The notes below the pieces were generated by a model. That model worked only from the letters and a program-made list of their open reading frames with translations, made no database searches and was not told where the DNA came from. This document shows, piece by piece, positions 37,401 through 45,967 of a DNA stretch of 64,000 bases; position 1 is the first letter of the stretch; each line of letters starts with the position of its first letter. This DNA is from Candidatus Anstonella stagnisolia (GTDB taxonomy: Archaea; Micrarchaeota; Micrarchaeia; Anstonellales; Anstonellaceae). The stretch is from the NCBI GenBank assembly GCA_902384585.1, contig CABMCJ010000002.1, positions 156,179 through 220,178 of the forward strand, in the 5' to 3' direction. Both the position numbers and the translations under genes were made by a program.

Positions 37401-38726
37401 ATGAAACTAACGCTTTTTGGAGGGGCAGGGGAAATCGGGGGGAACAAAATACTCCTTGAGGAGGGCAAAAGCCGTATTTTCCTTGATTTTGGGCAGTCTT
37501 TCACGCTCCTGGATGAGTATTTTGTGCCTGAGAGCTATCTTTCCCCGCGCGAGAGATTTGGGCTCAAGGACTATTTTGAGTTCGGGCTTATCCCGCAGAT
37601 TCCGGGCCTGTATTCAAAGGAGGCAGTGGAGCATACTTCGCTGGGATATTCTTCGCCCGCATTTGATGCGGTCTTCATCACGCACGCGCACAACGACCAT
37701 GTTGCGCACCTTCCCTATTTGCACAAGGAAATACCAATTTACATGGGGGAGACTACGAAAAAAATACTGGACTCAACGGCAGAAATGACAACGCAGAAGT
37801 ATTTTGATGAGGAGAATATTGTGCGCACTTTTAGGAGCGGGAATGAGATTGAAGTTGGGGAGTTCAAAGTCGTGCCCGTGCATGTGGACCACTCTGTGCC
37901 GGGCGCATACGGATTCTTGGTGGAGGGGAAGAGCGGAAGGGTTGCGTATACTGGAGACATTAGAAAGCACGGGCAGCGCGCGGACATGAGCGAGGAATTT
38001 GTGAAAAAGGCTGAGGAGTTTGAGCCGGATGTGCTCATCATAGAGGGAACGCGGGTTGGCGGGGATTCGCGCAAAAACCACACTGAAAAATTCGTTGAGG
38101 AGGAAAGCGCAAAGGTTGCGCAAAATGCAAAGGGAATTGTAGTTGGGATGCGCTATCCAAAAGACCTTGACAGGTTCAGGACGTTTTACAATATTGCAAA
38201 GGAGAGCGGAAGGAAGCTTGTAATCTCCACGAAAACTGCGCATCTTTTGCAGGTGCTTGGGGGGGACAGCATTGGATTGCCAGACCCGTTCAATGATGAA
38301 AACATTGAGGTGTATTGCAGGAAAATGAAAATGTACAAGAAATTTGAGAAAGAGAACATGGAGAAGTGCGCCACTTTTGAACAGGTAAGGGAAATGCAAA
38401 AAGAGTGCGTATTTGAGCTGGACTTTTACTATCTTACTGAGCTTGTAGATGTGAAGCCTGTCGGAGGAGAATTGATACACTCCATGAGCGAGCCATTTGA
38501 GGAGGAGCCGCTCTCTAAAATTGCAGATGGGGTGCTGAAAAATTGGTGCACGCACTTTAAGCTCAATTCGCACCAGCTGCACGCATCAGGGCATGCAAGC
38601 GAGCAGGAGATATTTGGCATTATTGGGGAAATAAAGCCCAAGAAAGTAATTCCTGTGCACACTAAAAAGCCGGAGTTGTTTCCCAAATGCGCGCAGCTTA
38701 AGAAAGGGGAGAGCCTGGAAATTTAA
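37401..38726 (+). CDS. Metallo-beta-lactamase/beta-CASP fold nuclease (RNase J-like)
   Basis: GGAGEIGGN, THAHNDH, VDHSVPGA, YTGDIR.HG, HASGHA, IPVHT. Confidence 0.9.
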   Translation: MKLTLFGGAGEIGGNKILLEEGKSRIFLDFGQSFTLLDEYFVPESYLSPRERFGLKDYFEFGLIPQIPGLYSKEAVEHTSLGYSSPAFDAVFITHAHNDHVAHLPYLHKEIPIYMGETTKKILDSTAEMTTQKYFDEENIVRTFRSGNEIEVGEFKVVPVHVDHSVPGAYGFLVEGKSGRVAYTGDIRKHGQRADMSEEFVKKAEEFEPDVLIIEGTRVGGDSRKNHTEKFVEEESAKVAQNAKGIVVGMRYPKDLDRFRTFYNIAKESGRKLVISTKTAHLLQVLGGDSIGLPDPFNDENIEVYCRKMKMYKKFEKENMEKCATFEQVREMQKECVFELDFYYLTELVDVKPVGGELIHSMSEPFEEEPLSKIADGVLKNWCTHFKLNSHQLHASGHASEQEIFGIIGEIKPKKVIPVHTKKPELFPKCAQLKKGESLEI

Positions 38727-39025
38727 ATCGCTTTTTCTTTTTTTAGCAGGCACATTTTCCTTTTGGACCCGCCCTTTGCGGAATAGCCGCCAAGGGAGCC
38801 GTCGCTTCGTATTACGCGATGGCAGGGGATTTTGGGCGCAAAGGGGTTCTTTGCAAGCGCATTTGCGACTGCGCGGGAGGAGTTGGGCTTGCCTATTTCT
38901 TTTGCGATTTGTTTGTAGGTGCGTATTTGGCCTCGCGGGATTTTTGCGCATGCGCGCAGTACCTTCCACTGGAAAGGGGTGAGGAGGGCGGTTTTGCCCC
39001 TAAAAGAAACCTTGCGCAATGCCAT
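38723..39025 (-). CDS. ogt: O6-methylguanine-DNA methyltransferase (C-terminal domain only)
   Basis: IPRGQIRTY, RAVANA...NP, IPCHRVI active-site motif. Confidence 0.88.
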   Translation of the reverse strand: MALRKVSFRGKTALLTPFQWKVLRACAKIPRGQIRTYKQIAKEIGKPNSSRAVANALAKNPFAPKIPCHRVIRSDGSLGGYSAKGGSKRKMCLLKKEKAI

Positions 39026-39033
39026 GCACGCAC

Positions 39034-40200
39034 CTAATCGTATGTCACGAACGTGACATCCACTTCCTTTTCGTAGCCGGATGAGCTTATCACCATGCCA
39101 AGCGCATTTGCCTTTGCGATTGCATCGTTGAGGGCTTTCTGGTCGCTTGAGTTGAGCGTGGAAATTGTTGTGACTTTTTTCGTCACAGTTTTGGGAGTTG
39201 CTGGGACCGCGTTTTTGTCAGCAGGCTGCTGCGGGCGGTACATTGTCGTGCTCATTACTGTTGAGCGCGCATTGAGCACGCTGATGCTGCGCGTGACGCT
39301 TGTGTAGCCGTCCTTGCGAAGCTCGATTGTGTATTTTGCGGGTGAGAGCTGCAGGGTTGCAGGGGTGGTACCGTAATTCCTTCCGCCTATGTATATTGCA
39401 GCGCCGTCAGGGTTGGATGTTATTGTGAGGTTGCCCATCTGCGGTGCCTGGGGGATGCGTTCAAGCGTAACATTGATGAGCGCGGTTTCGCCTGCGCGTA
39501 TTTGGGCATTTGCAGTGTAGTTGTAGTAGCCTGTTTTTGTGAGAAGCACGGAGTGCCGCCCTTCCGAGAGGTTTTGCACGGTAAGGGGCGTTGTGCCTTT
39601 TGCGGAATTGTCAACAAACGCGCTTGCGCGAAGAGGGAAGGATTCTATGCGCAGCGACCCTGTCGGGGCGCGAAGCGCAAATCGCTGAGTGATATTGTCA
39701 CCTGCCCGAAGCGTTACGTTTGCGGATGCGGGAAGGTAGCCGTTCTTTGAGACAAATATTGTGTAGGTGCCTGCAGGCATTACTGCTGCGCGCGGCGTTG
39801 TGCCATATGAGGTTCCCCTTATTGTAATTTGCGCGCCCGAGGGGTCGCTGAGTATGTTTATTGTGCCTGTTGCGCGAAGGGTTACATTCACAGTAATGGT
39901 ATTGTTTACTGGAACCACTATGTTGGAAAATTCAGGGTAATAGCCGTCCTTTGTTATCCTTAGCTGGTAGGTGCCGGAGAGCACGCGGTCAAGGGAAAAA
40001 GGAGTGTGCCCGTCGCCGCCTTGTATTGCTGGCTGGTGCGCAACGTTTCCATCGCGAGTGAAAACTTCCACGCGGGCATCTGAGGGAAGTGTGTTTACGC
40101 GAAGAGAGCCGTAGTTTGCGGCGCGTGCGTTTATGCCAACATCCGCAAACGAAAGCGAAAGGAGCGCGAGCGCGCACAGCAGGAATATTGCGTTTTTCAT
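39034..40200 (-). CDS. Secreted PEGA repeat protein (about 4 PEGA domains)
   Basis: Signal peptide; repeated G.L.I.S.P.GA....G.TP....G.Y.....K.GY units. Confidence 0.88.
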   Translation of the reverse strand: MKNAIFLLCALALLSLSFADVGINARAANYGSLRVNTLPSDARVEVFTRDGNVAHQPAIQGGDGHTPFSLDRVLSGTYQLRITKDGYYPEFSNIVVPVNNTITVNVTLRATGTINILSDPSGAQITIRGTSYGTTPRAAVMPAGTYTIFVSKNGYLPASANVTLRAGDNITQRFALRAPTGSLRIESFPLRASAFVDNSAKGTTPLTVQNLSEGRHSVLLTKTGYYNYTANAQIRAGETALINVTLERIPQAPQMGNLTITSNPDGAAIYIGGRNYGTTPATLQLSPAKYTIELRKDGYTSVTRSISVLNARSTVMSTTMYRPQQPADKNAVPATPKTVTKKVTTISTLNSSDQKALNDAIAKANALGMVISSSGYEKEVDVTFVTYD

Positions 40201-40240
40201 TTTGCCACCCCGGCTGCAGGCTTGGTTTTGCAGGATTAGT

Positions 40241-41194
40241 TTATTTCTTGAGCACTAGGAACTGCGCAAGGAGCGCCTCTATCTGTATTGTTTCGTTTGC
40301 GCCTTCCACGAGGCGGAAGTTGTATTCGCCGATTTTATCAACAAGCGCGACTTTTGAGGCTTCGGGAATTTTCAGGGAATCAACTTCGCGGAACATCTGT
40401 ATGAGCACGTCCTCTCCGGACATCCCGTAGCTTATCATGAGGTCGCGCAAATGCTTGCGCGCATCTATGAACTTCCCTTCAAGGGCTGCGTTCATCATCT
40501 GGGAAATTTCCTTGGGATGCGCGCGGCTTGCATTCTTGAAAATTTCCTCTTCCGTGATGTGCGAGCCTGCCATTGCCGCACCTTGGAGCGCATTGAGGGC
40601 CTTGCGCATATCACCTTCGGACACGTATATGAGCGCAGCGATTGCCTTTTCGTCCACCTTGAGGTTTTCGGTTTTTGCAACGCGTTCTATAAGCCCCTTC
40701 ACATCCTCCTCTTGGAGGGGCTGGAAGCGGAAAACAGAGCATCTGCTTTGGAGCGGCTCAATTATTTTTGAGGAGTAGTTTGCGCCAAGCACGAAACGCG
40801 TTACTGAGGCATACATTTCCATTGTGCGCCTTAGCGCATGCTGCGCGTCGGACGTGAGCGCGTCCGCCTCGTCAAGGAAGATTATCTTAAACGGCACCTG
40901 CACAAGCGCGATTGTGCGCGCAAAGTCCTTTATTTTGCCCCGCACAACATCTATTCCGCGCTCGTCGGATGCATTGAGCTCAAGCACGCTCTCGTTGTAG
41001 TGCTCGCCGAAAATGTCGTGCGCGAGAGCGAGAGTTGCGGTTGTTTTTCCTATTCCGGGCGGCCCTGCAAAAAGAAGGTTCGGCATGTTGCGCGCCTTAA
41101 CGTAACCTTTTAGCGAAGAAACGATGTTCTTTTGCCCTATTATGTCGTCCAGCGTTTTCGGGCGGTACTTCTCTGTCCAGGGAATAAGCTCCAT
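40241..41194 (-). CDS. rfcS: Replication factor C small subunit
   Basis: PWTEKYRP, GPPGIGKT, ELNASDERG, DEADALT, QSRC. Confidence 0.96.
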   Translation of the reverse strand: MELIPWTEKYRPKTLDDIIGQKNIVSSLKGYVKARNMPNLLFAGPPGIGKTTATLALAHDIFGEHYNESVLELNASDERGIDVVRGKIKDFARTIALVQVPFKIIFLDEADALTSDAQHALRRTMEMYASVTRFVLGANYSSKIIEPLQSRCSVFRFQPLQEEDVKGLIERVAKTENLKVDEKAIAALIYVSEGDMRKALNALQGAAMAGSHITEEEIFKNASRAHPKEISQMMNAALEGKFIDARKHLRDLMISYGMSGEDVLIQMFREVDSLKIPEASKVALVDKIGEYNFRLVEGANETIQIEALLAQFLVLKK

Positions 41195-41299
41195 AAAACC
41201 ACTATTTTCTTTCTCTCAAGATTCTTTCTCTCCCGTTGGAGTATGGGGGACAAATATTAAATAACCTTTAGAAGCCTAAGAGAAACGTTAGATTTAGGA

Positions 41300-41388
41300 C
41301 AACGCCCTCGCCTAAAGGCGCGGGTAGAAAGTGATGAGAGGCATACCGCGCCTTTACCCGCCAGAGGCGGGCTTGGGCGCGGGCGTTG
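41300..41388 (+). ncRNA. Putative structured cis-regulatory RNA in the ileS 5' leader
   Basis: Nested helices caacgccc/gggcgttg, cgcctaa/ttgggcg, aggcgcgg/ccgcgcct and cccgcc/ggcggg between a TATA-like element (about 41255-41263) and the GGTGGT RBS. Confidence 0.55.
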
Positions 41389-41396
41389 GTGGTATT

Positions 41397-44300
41397 TTGC
41401 ACGAACAGGTAAAGCTTGAAAAGGAAATTTTGGGATTCTGGGATTCACAAAAAATTTACGAAAAGATAAAGATGCAGAATGAGGCAGGCACGCCTTTCTA
41501 CTTTTGCGATGGGCCCCCGTATGCAACCGGGCAGATACACCCGGGAACTGCGTGGAACAAGTGCCTAAAGGATGCGGTGTGCAGGTATAAACGGGCGTGC
41601 GGGTTTAATGTGCGCGCGCAGCCGGGGTACGACACCCACGGGCTTCCTATCGAGGTGAAAGTGGAGCAGGAAATGAAACTTAAGCACAAGGGCGAAATTG
41701 AGACTGTTGGCGTTGAGAAATTCGTGCAGCGCTGCAAATTCTTTGCAAGCGAGCACATGGGAGTTATGGGAAAGCAGTTTTTCCGCTGCGGCGTGTGGAT
41801 GGACTGGGATAAGCCTTACATTACATACAAGGACGAGTACATAAGCAAGAGTTGGGGAACTATAAAAGCTGCGCATGAGAAGGGAGTGCTGCAGCAGGGG
41901 AACTATGTTGTCCCTTATTGCACGCGCTGCGAAACAACGCTTGCAAACTATGAGTTGGAATACGGGGAGCAGGATGACCCGTCCCTTTATGTGAAATTCA
42001 AGGTGAAGGGAACTGAAAACGAGTACCTTGTGATATGGACCACTACGCCCTGGACGCTTGTGTCCAATATGGCAGTCATGGTGCACCCCACGCATTTGTA
42101 CGTGAAGGTGCAGGTGGGCGGGGAAATTCTTATTGTTGCAAAAGAGAGGATGGATGCGGTAATGGCATTTTTCCCGACTACAAGTGCGACTGTGCTTGGG
42201 GAGCTTAGCGGCAAAAAGCTTGAGGGAACAAAATACGAGCATCCGCTTGCTGGGAAAATTTCAAAGGAGTATGACAGGAAAGTCATATTGTCGGATGAGT
42301 ATGTGACGCTTGAGGATGGAAGCGGGCTTGTGCATTGCGCGCCAGGGCATGGGCCTGAGGACTTTATTGTGGGAAGAAGGTTTGGGATTGAAGTTTATTC
42401 GCCAATAAACAATGAGGGGAAATTCACAAAGGATGCGGGCGCGTACGCAGGGATTGCTGCACGCGAGGCTAACCCAAAAATAATTGAGGACCTTGAGGCA
42501 TGCGGCGCGCTTATACACGCGGGAAAAGTGAGGCACAGATATCCGCACTGCTGGAGATGCAAAACTCCGCTTATATTCATGGCAACTCCGCAGTGGTTCA
42601 TTACAATTTCGAAATTCCGCGAAAGGATGCATGAGGAAATTGCAAATGTTAAATGGAAGCCGGACTTTGCGCTCACGCGCTTTTCGGACTTTGTTAGCAA
42701 CGCGCCGGACTGGTGCATTTCAAGGCAGAGGTATTGGGGGATTCCGCTTCCGATTTGGAAGTGCGAGAAGTGCGTTGAAATGCGCGTGCTGGGTTCGCGG
42801 GAAGAGCTTCCGGTGCAGCCAAAAGAGCTTCACCGCCCGTACATTGATGAGATAAAGCTGGAGTGCAAGTGCGGTGGGAAAATGAGCCGCGTAAGCGACA
42901 TACTGGACGTTTGGTTTGATTCGGGAAATGCAGTGTGGGCATCGCTTTCCAAAGAGGACAAGGTGAATCCGGCTTACACGGACTTTATTGTGGAGGGCAA
43001 GGACCAGACAAGGGGATGGTTTTATTCGCTTCTTGGGTGCGGCATTGTGGTGAACAACCAGGCGCCTTACAAGACTGTTCTCATGCACGGCTTCTTTGTT
43101 GATGATAAGGGAGAAAAGATGAGCAAGTCCGTGGGGAATTTTGTGCCACTTGAGGAAGTCGTGGACAAGTACGGTGCGGATGCTTTCAGGCTTTGGAGCC
43201 TTTCAAACACTATATGGGACGACCTGCGCTTTAGCTGGATGGAAATAAAGGAGGCGCACCGCACGCTTGGGATATTGTACAATTTAGAGGCGTTCATGGA
43301 GCGCTTTTACGTGCACCCGAAAAAGGAAATGCAAAAGGACGCGCTTGAGATTGAGGACAAGTGGATGCTTTCGCGCCTTGAGAGCGTGAAGAAAATTGCT
43401 ACAGAAGCGTATGAGGAGTACGAGCCCAACAGGGCTGCAAAAGCGCTTCGGGAATTCCTTGTGGAAGACGTGAGCCGCTTTTACATGAAGCTTGCGAAAG
43501 AGAGGATGGACGGGAAGGGGGCGCATGTTGTGCACTCTGTGCTGTACAAGTGCATGCTGGAGGCGCACATAATGCTCATGCCCATTATACCTTTCATGTG
43601 CGAGCACAACTACCAGAAATTCTTCAAGAAATACGAGAAGCGCGAATCACTTGCGCTTTTTGCATGGCCCAAAGAGGAGCCAAGCGTGCAGGATGCGCTC
43701 CTTGAGAGGCAGATGGAAATTGCAAAAGGAGTAATAGCAGCTACGAGTGCTGCAAGGATGGCTGGGAACATAAAATTGAGATGGCCGCTTGAGGAAGTTA
43801 CGATTGTGTGCTCGGAGACTGAAATTTCAAATGCGGCTGAGAGGCTTAGCGGCATCATAGAGGCGATGTGCAATTTGCACAAAATAAAAATCGCACAGAA
43901 AATCGAGTCTTCTTTCTCCCTTGTTGTGAACAAGGCAAAAGTGGGCGCAAAGTTCAAGCAGGAAAGCGCTGCTGCATATGAAGCGATAAGCAAATTGTCC
44001 GCAGAAGAGGTTCAGAAATGGATTTCAGAGGGAGCTGGAAAAGGCGAGAAGCTCCTTGCGGATGGGAAATACGAGGTTGAGCGCGAAATGGTGAGTGTTG
44101 TGGAGAGCGCGAAAGACCGTGCGATTGCGCCATTTGACGGCGGGAAAGTTTACCTTAAGACAAAAATAAGCGAGGAGCTTTATGCGCAGGCAATGGTAAG
44201 GGAAGCGGCGCGCAGGGTGCAGATGCTGAGAAAAGAAATGGGGCTCGTGGAAGGGGACAAGGTGCATCTTTTCATAGAGGCGGACAAGGAGCTTGAGAAA

Positions 44301-44438
44301 ATACTGCACGCGCAAAAACCATCGCTCATGATGGAAGTGAATGCGCAGGAAATAGAGTTTGGAAAGCACGGGAAGGGAAAAGGAAATGAGTATGAGATTG
44401 AGGAGAGCAAGCTGAAGATTTGGGTTGAAAAGAAATGA
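41397..44438 (+). CDS. ileS: Isoleucyl-tRNA synthetase (TTG start after GGTGGT RBS)
   Basis: DGPPYATG, GYDTHGLPIE, WTTTPWTL, DWCISRQRYWG, EGKDQTRGWF, KMSKS. Confidence 0.97.
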   Translation: MHEQVKLEKEILGFWDSQKIYEKIKMQNEAGTPFYFCDGPPYATGQIHPGTAWNKCLKDAVCRYKRACGFNVRAQPGYDTHGLPIEVKVEQEMKLKHKGEIETVGVEKFVQRCKFFASEHMGVMGKQFFRCGVWMDWDKPYITYKDEYISKSWGTIKAAHEKGVLQQGNYVVPYCTRCETTLANYELEYGEQDDPSLYVKFKVKGTENEYLVIWTTTPWTLVSNMAVMVHPTHLYVKVQVGGEILIVAKERMDAVMAFFPTTSATVLGELSGKKLEGTKYEHPLAGKISKEYDRKVILSDEYVTLEDGSGLVHCAPGHGPEDFIVGRRFGIEVYSPINNEGKFTKDAGAYAGIAAREANPKIIEDLEACGALIHAGKVRHRYPHCWRCKTPLIFMATPQWFITISKFRERMHEEIANVKWKPDFALTRFSDFVSNAPDWCISRQRYWGIPLPIWKCEKCVEMRVLGSREELPVQPKELHRPYIDEIKLECKCGGKMSRVSDILDVWFDSGNAVWASLSKEDKVNPAYTDFIVEGKDQTRGWFYSLLGCGIVVNNQAPYKTVLMHGFFVDDKGEKMSKSVGNFVPLEEVVDKYGADAFRLWSLSNTIWDDLRFSWMEIKEAHRTLGILYNLEAFMERFYVHPKKEMQKDALEIEDKWMLSRLESVKKIATEAYEEYEPNRAAKALREFLVEDVSRFYMKLAKERMDGKGAHVVHSVLYKCMLEAHIMLMPIIPFMCEHNYQKFFKKYEKRESLALFAWPKEEPSVQDALLERQMEIAKGVIAATSAARMAGNIKLRWPLEEVTIVCSETEISNAAERLSGIIEAMCNLHKIKIAQKIESSFSLVVNKAKVGAKFKQESAAAYEAISKLSAEEVQKWISEGAGKGEKLLADGKYEVEREMVSVVESAKDRAIAPFDGGKVYLKTKISEELYAQAMVREAARRVQMLRKEMGLVEGDKVHLFIEADKELEKILHAQKPSLMMEVNAQEIEFGKHGKGKGNEYEIEESKLKIWVEKK

Positions 44439-44554
44439 AAAAAGACGGCCCAATTCCACTAGAGGTAAAAGACGGCAAGGTTACGAGATGGGTATGCAGG
44501 TGCGGCAAGTCCTTAAAATTGCCTGAGTGCGACTGGACTTGCACAAAAAAATAG
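44435..44554 (+). CDS. 39-aa CDGSH-like mini-protein with CDWTC in place of CDGSH (not in the ORF track)
   Basis: ATG overlaps the ileS stop; MKKDGPIPLEVKDGKVTRWVCRCGKSLKLPECDWTCTKK aligns to the downstream CDGSH protein. Confidence 0.7.
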   Translation: MKKDGPIPLEVKDGKVTRWVCRCGKSLKLPECDWTCTKK

Positions 44555-44563
44555 GTGGTTTGT

Positions 44564-44764
44564 ATGGCGCGCATTGTAGAGAAAACTGCTAACGAGCCTG
44601 CGGAAATAAAGCTGGGCGACGGGAAGTCCGTGTGGATTTGCCAGTGCGGTCTTTCAGGCAACCAGCCGTATTGCGACGGGTCGCACAATAAAACGCTTAG
44701 TGAGGAAAAGGGGAAAACCTACAAGTATCTTCCCGATGGGACAAGAGTGGAAGTAAAGAAGTAG
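44564..44764 (+). CDS. CDGSH iron-sulfur domain protein
   Basis: WICQCGLSGNQPYCDGSH. Confidence 0.93.
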   Translation: MARIVEKTANEPAEIKLGDGKSVWICQCGLSGNQPYCDGSHNKTLSEEKGKTYKYLPDGTRVEVKK

Positions 44765-44774
44765 GGTGCGCTAA

Positions 44775-45611
44775 TTAGGGGTAGCCGGGATTTTGATAAA
44801 GAAGCTGTATTTCGCCATCCGAAAGCACGCGGTGGTATATCTGGACTTCGTCTATGCTTCCATCAACGTAAAAACTGTTTATAACGCTTGGAATTTGAAG
44901 CACAGTTCCCTGGAATGAGTCTACATTGGCATTTGTAGTGGAACCTATCAGGGCGCCATTAACATACAGGCTGGCGGTCTTTGTAGCCTTATTGAAAGTT
45001 CCAGTAAGCATATACCATTGGCCGGCAACAAGCGTTGCACCGGGAGTTTCTGCATAAGTTCCTGAATTTTTAGCTACAGTAAAATATACGGTGCTTGTCC
45101 AACGTTTTGTCCAGAGTGCCCATCCGGCAACCTGCGGTACGTCACTTGAGAAGTAAGTTCCAGAAGAGATGGGTATGCTGTAGATGCTTGTAAAACTATC
45201 GAATTTGACAAACATATTTACGGTTAGGTCGGTCGCATCAGAAATTATCGCACTGGGGCTATTTACGCTGCAATATTGGGACGTGCTAGCGGTGTGCAAC
45301 GCATTTCCGCTTTTTCCGCTTGCCCAAGTGCCGGAGAAAGTGCAGGTATACCCGCCTCTGTTATCTGCGGCTGATGCACCGCTTCCCTCGTCAAATTTAA
45401 AGTATGCAACAAGCCCCTGCAAAAGATCCGGGTATTGCATTGCGGCTATTTTGAATTTCGTGTCTGTCTGGGATTTCTTTGTGTCTTTTGTTGTGCCAGT
45501 TGGCCAGACAAGAAGCGCGACGCAAATAAGGGCTATTCCTAGGACTACGCTCATAAGAACTAAATATTCCGTAGCTCCTTGCGCTTTTTTAGTTTGTGTT
45601 ATGCCCGCCAC
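44775..45611 (-). CDS. Class III signal peptide (pilin-like) LamG domain protein
   Basis: KKAQGATEY plus hydrophobic helix; YPDLLQGLVAYFKFDE, GSIDEVQIYHRVLS. Confidence 0.88.
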   Translation of the reverse strand: MAGITQTKKAQGATEYLVLMSVVLGIALICVALLVWPTGTTKDTKKSQTDTKFKIAAMQYPDLLQGLVAYFKFDEGSGASAADNRGGYTCTFSGTWASGKSGNALHTASTSQYCSVNSPSAIISDATDLTVNMFVKFDSFTSIYSIPISSGTYFSSDVPQVAGWALWTKRWTSTVYFTVAKNSGTYAETPGATLVAGQWYMLTGTFNKATKTASLYVNGALIGSTTNANVDSFQGTVLQIPSVINSFYVDGSIDEVQIYHRVLSDGEIQLLYQNPGYP

Positions 45612-45698
45612 GCAACCTTATGCCATCACCCGCCTTAAAAATATTTATGCTTGGTGAAAGCTGCTTCGCTAGAGGTTCCAAAATCTGAAAAAGAAGCC

Positions 45699-45881
45699 TT
45701 AATTTATCTTCTTGAATTTCTTGCGCGCCGGAAGGCTTGTCCAGCAGCCCTTGCAAATTACGATGCGAGTTGTCTTTTCGTGCCTCTTTGCGGACTTTAC
45801 GCAGGCAAAGCATACTGCTTTTGAGCAGCCCATGCATTTTTCAAGGGCGTGCACTTGGCTTGAACATCTTTCACATATCAT
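45699..45881 (-). CDS. Small zinc-finger protein (4 x CxxC)
   Basis: CERC, CMGC, CFAC, CKGC in 60 aa. Confidence 0.75.
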   Translation of the reverse strand: MICERCSSQVHALEKCMGCSKAVCFACVKSAKRHEKTTRIVICKGCWTSLPARKKFKKIN

Positions 45882-45967
45882 TAGATAACCTCAGTTAAGT
45901 GTATATGAGGTAATATTGGTTAAAACGGTTTAAATAGGTTGCGATTGTAAAGGAAAATTGTGGTGTT

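Noticed and set aside
41300-41396. Canonical T-box riboswitch or tRNA gene
   Set aside because: No UGGN-ACC antiterminator bulge, specifier stem or cloverleaf/TpsiC motif; kept only as an unclassified structured leader
41331-41396. N-terminal extension of IleRS given by the ORF track
   Set aside because: IleRS-like sequence begins near 41397, where a TTG follows a GGTGGT RBS; the upstream codons overlap the structured leader
15516-45611. Diversity-generating retroelement acting on the LamG genes
   Set aside because: No reverse transcriptase and no template/variable repeat pair with adenine-specific differences in the window
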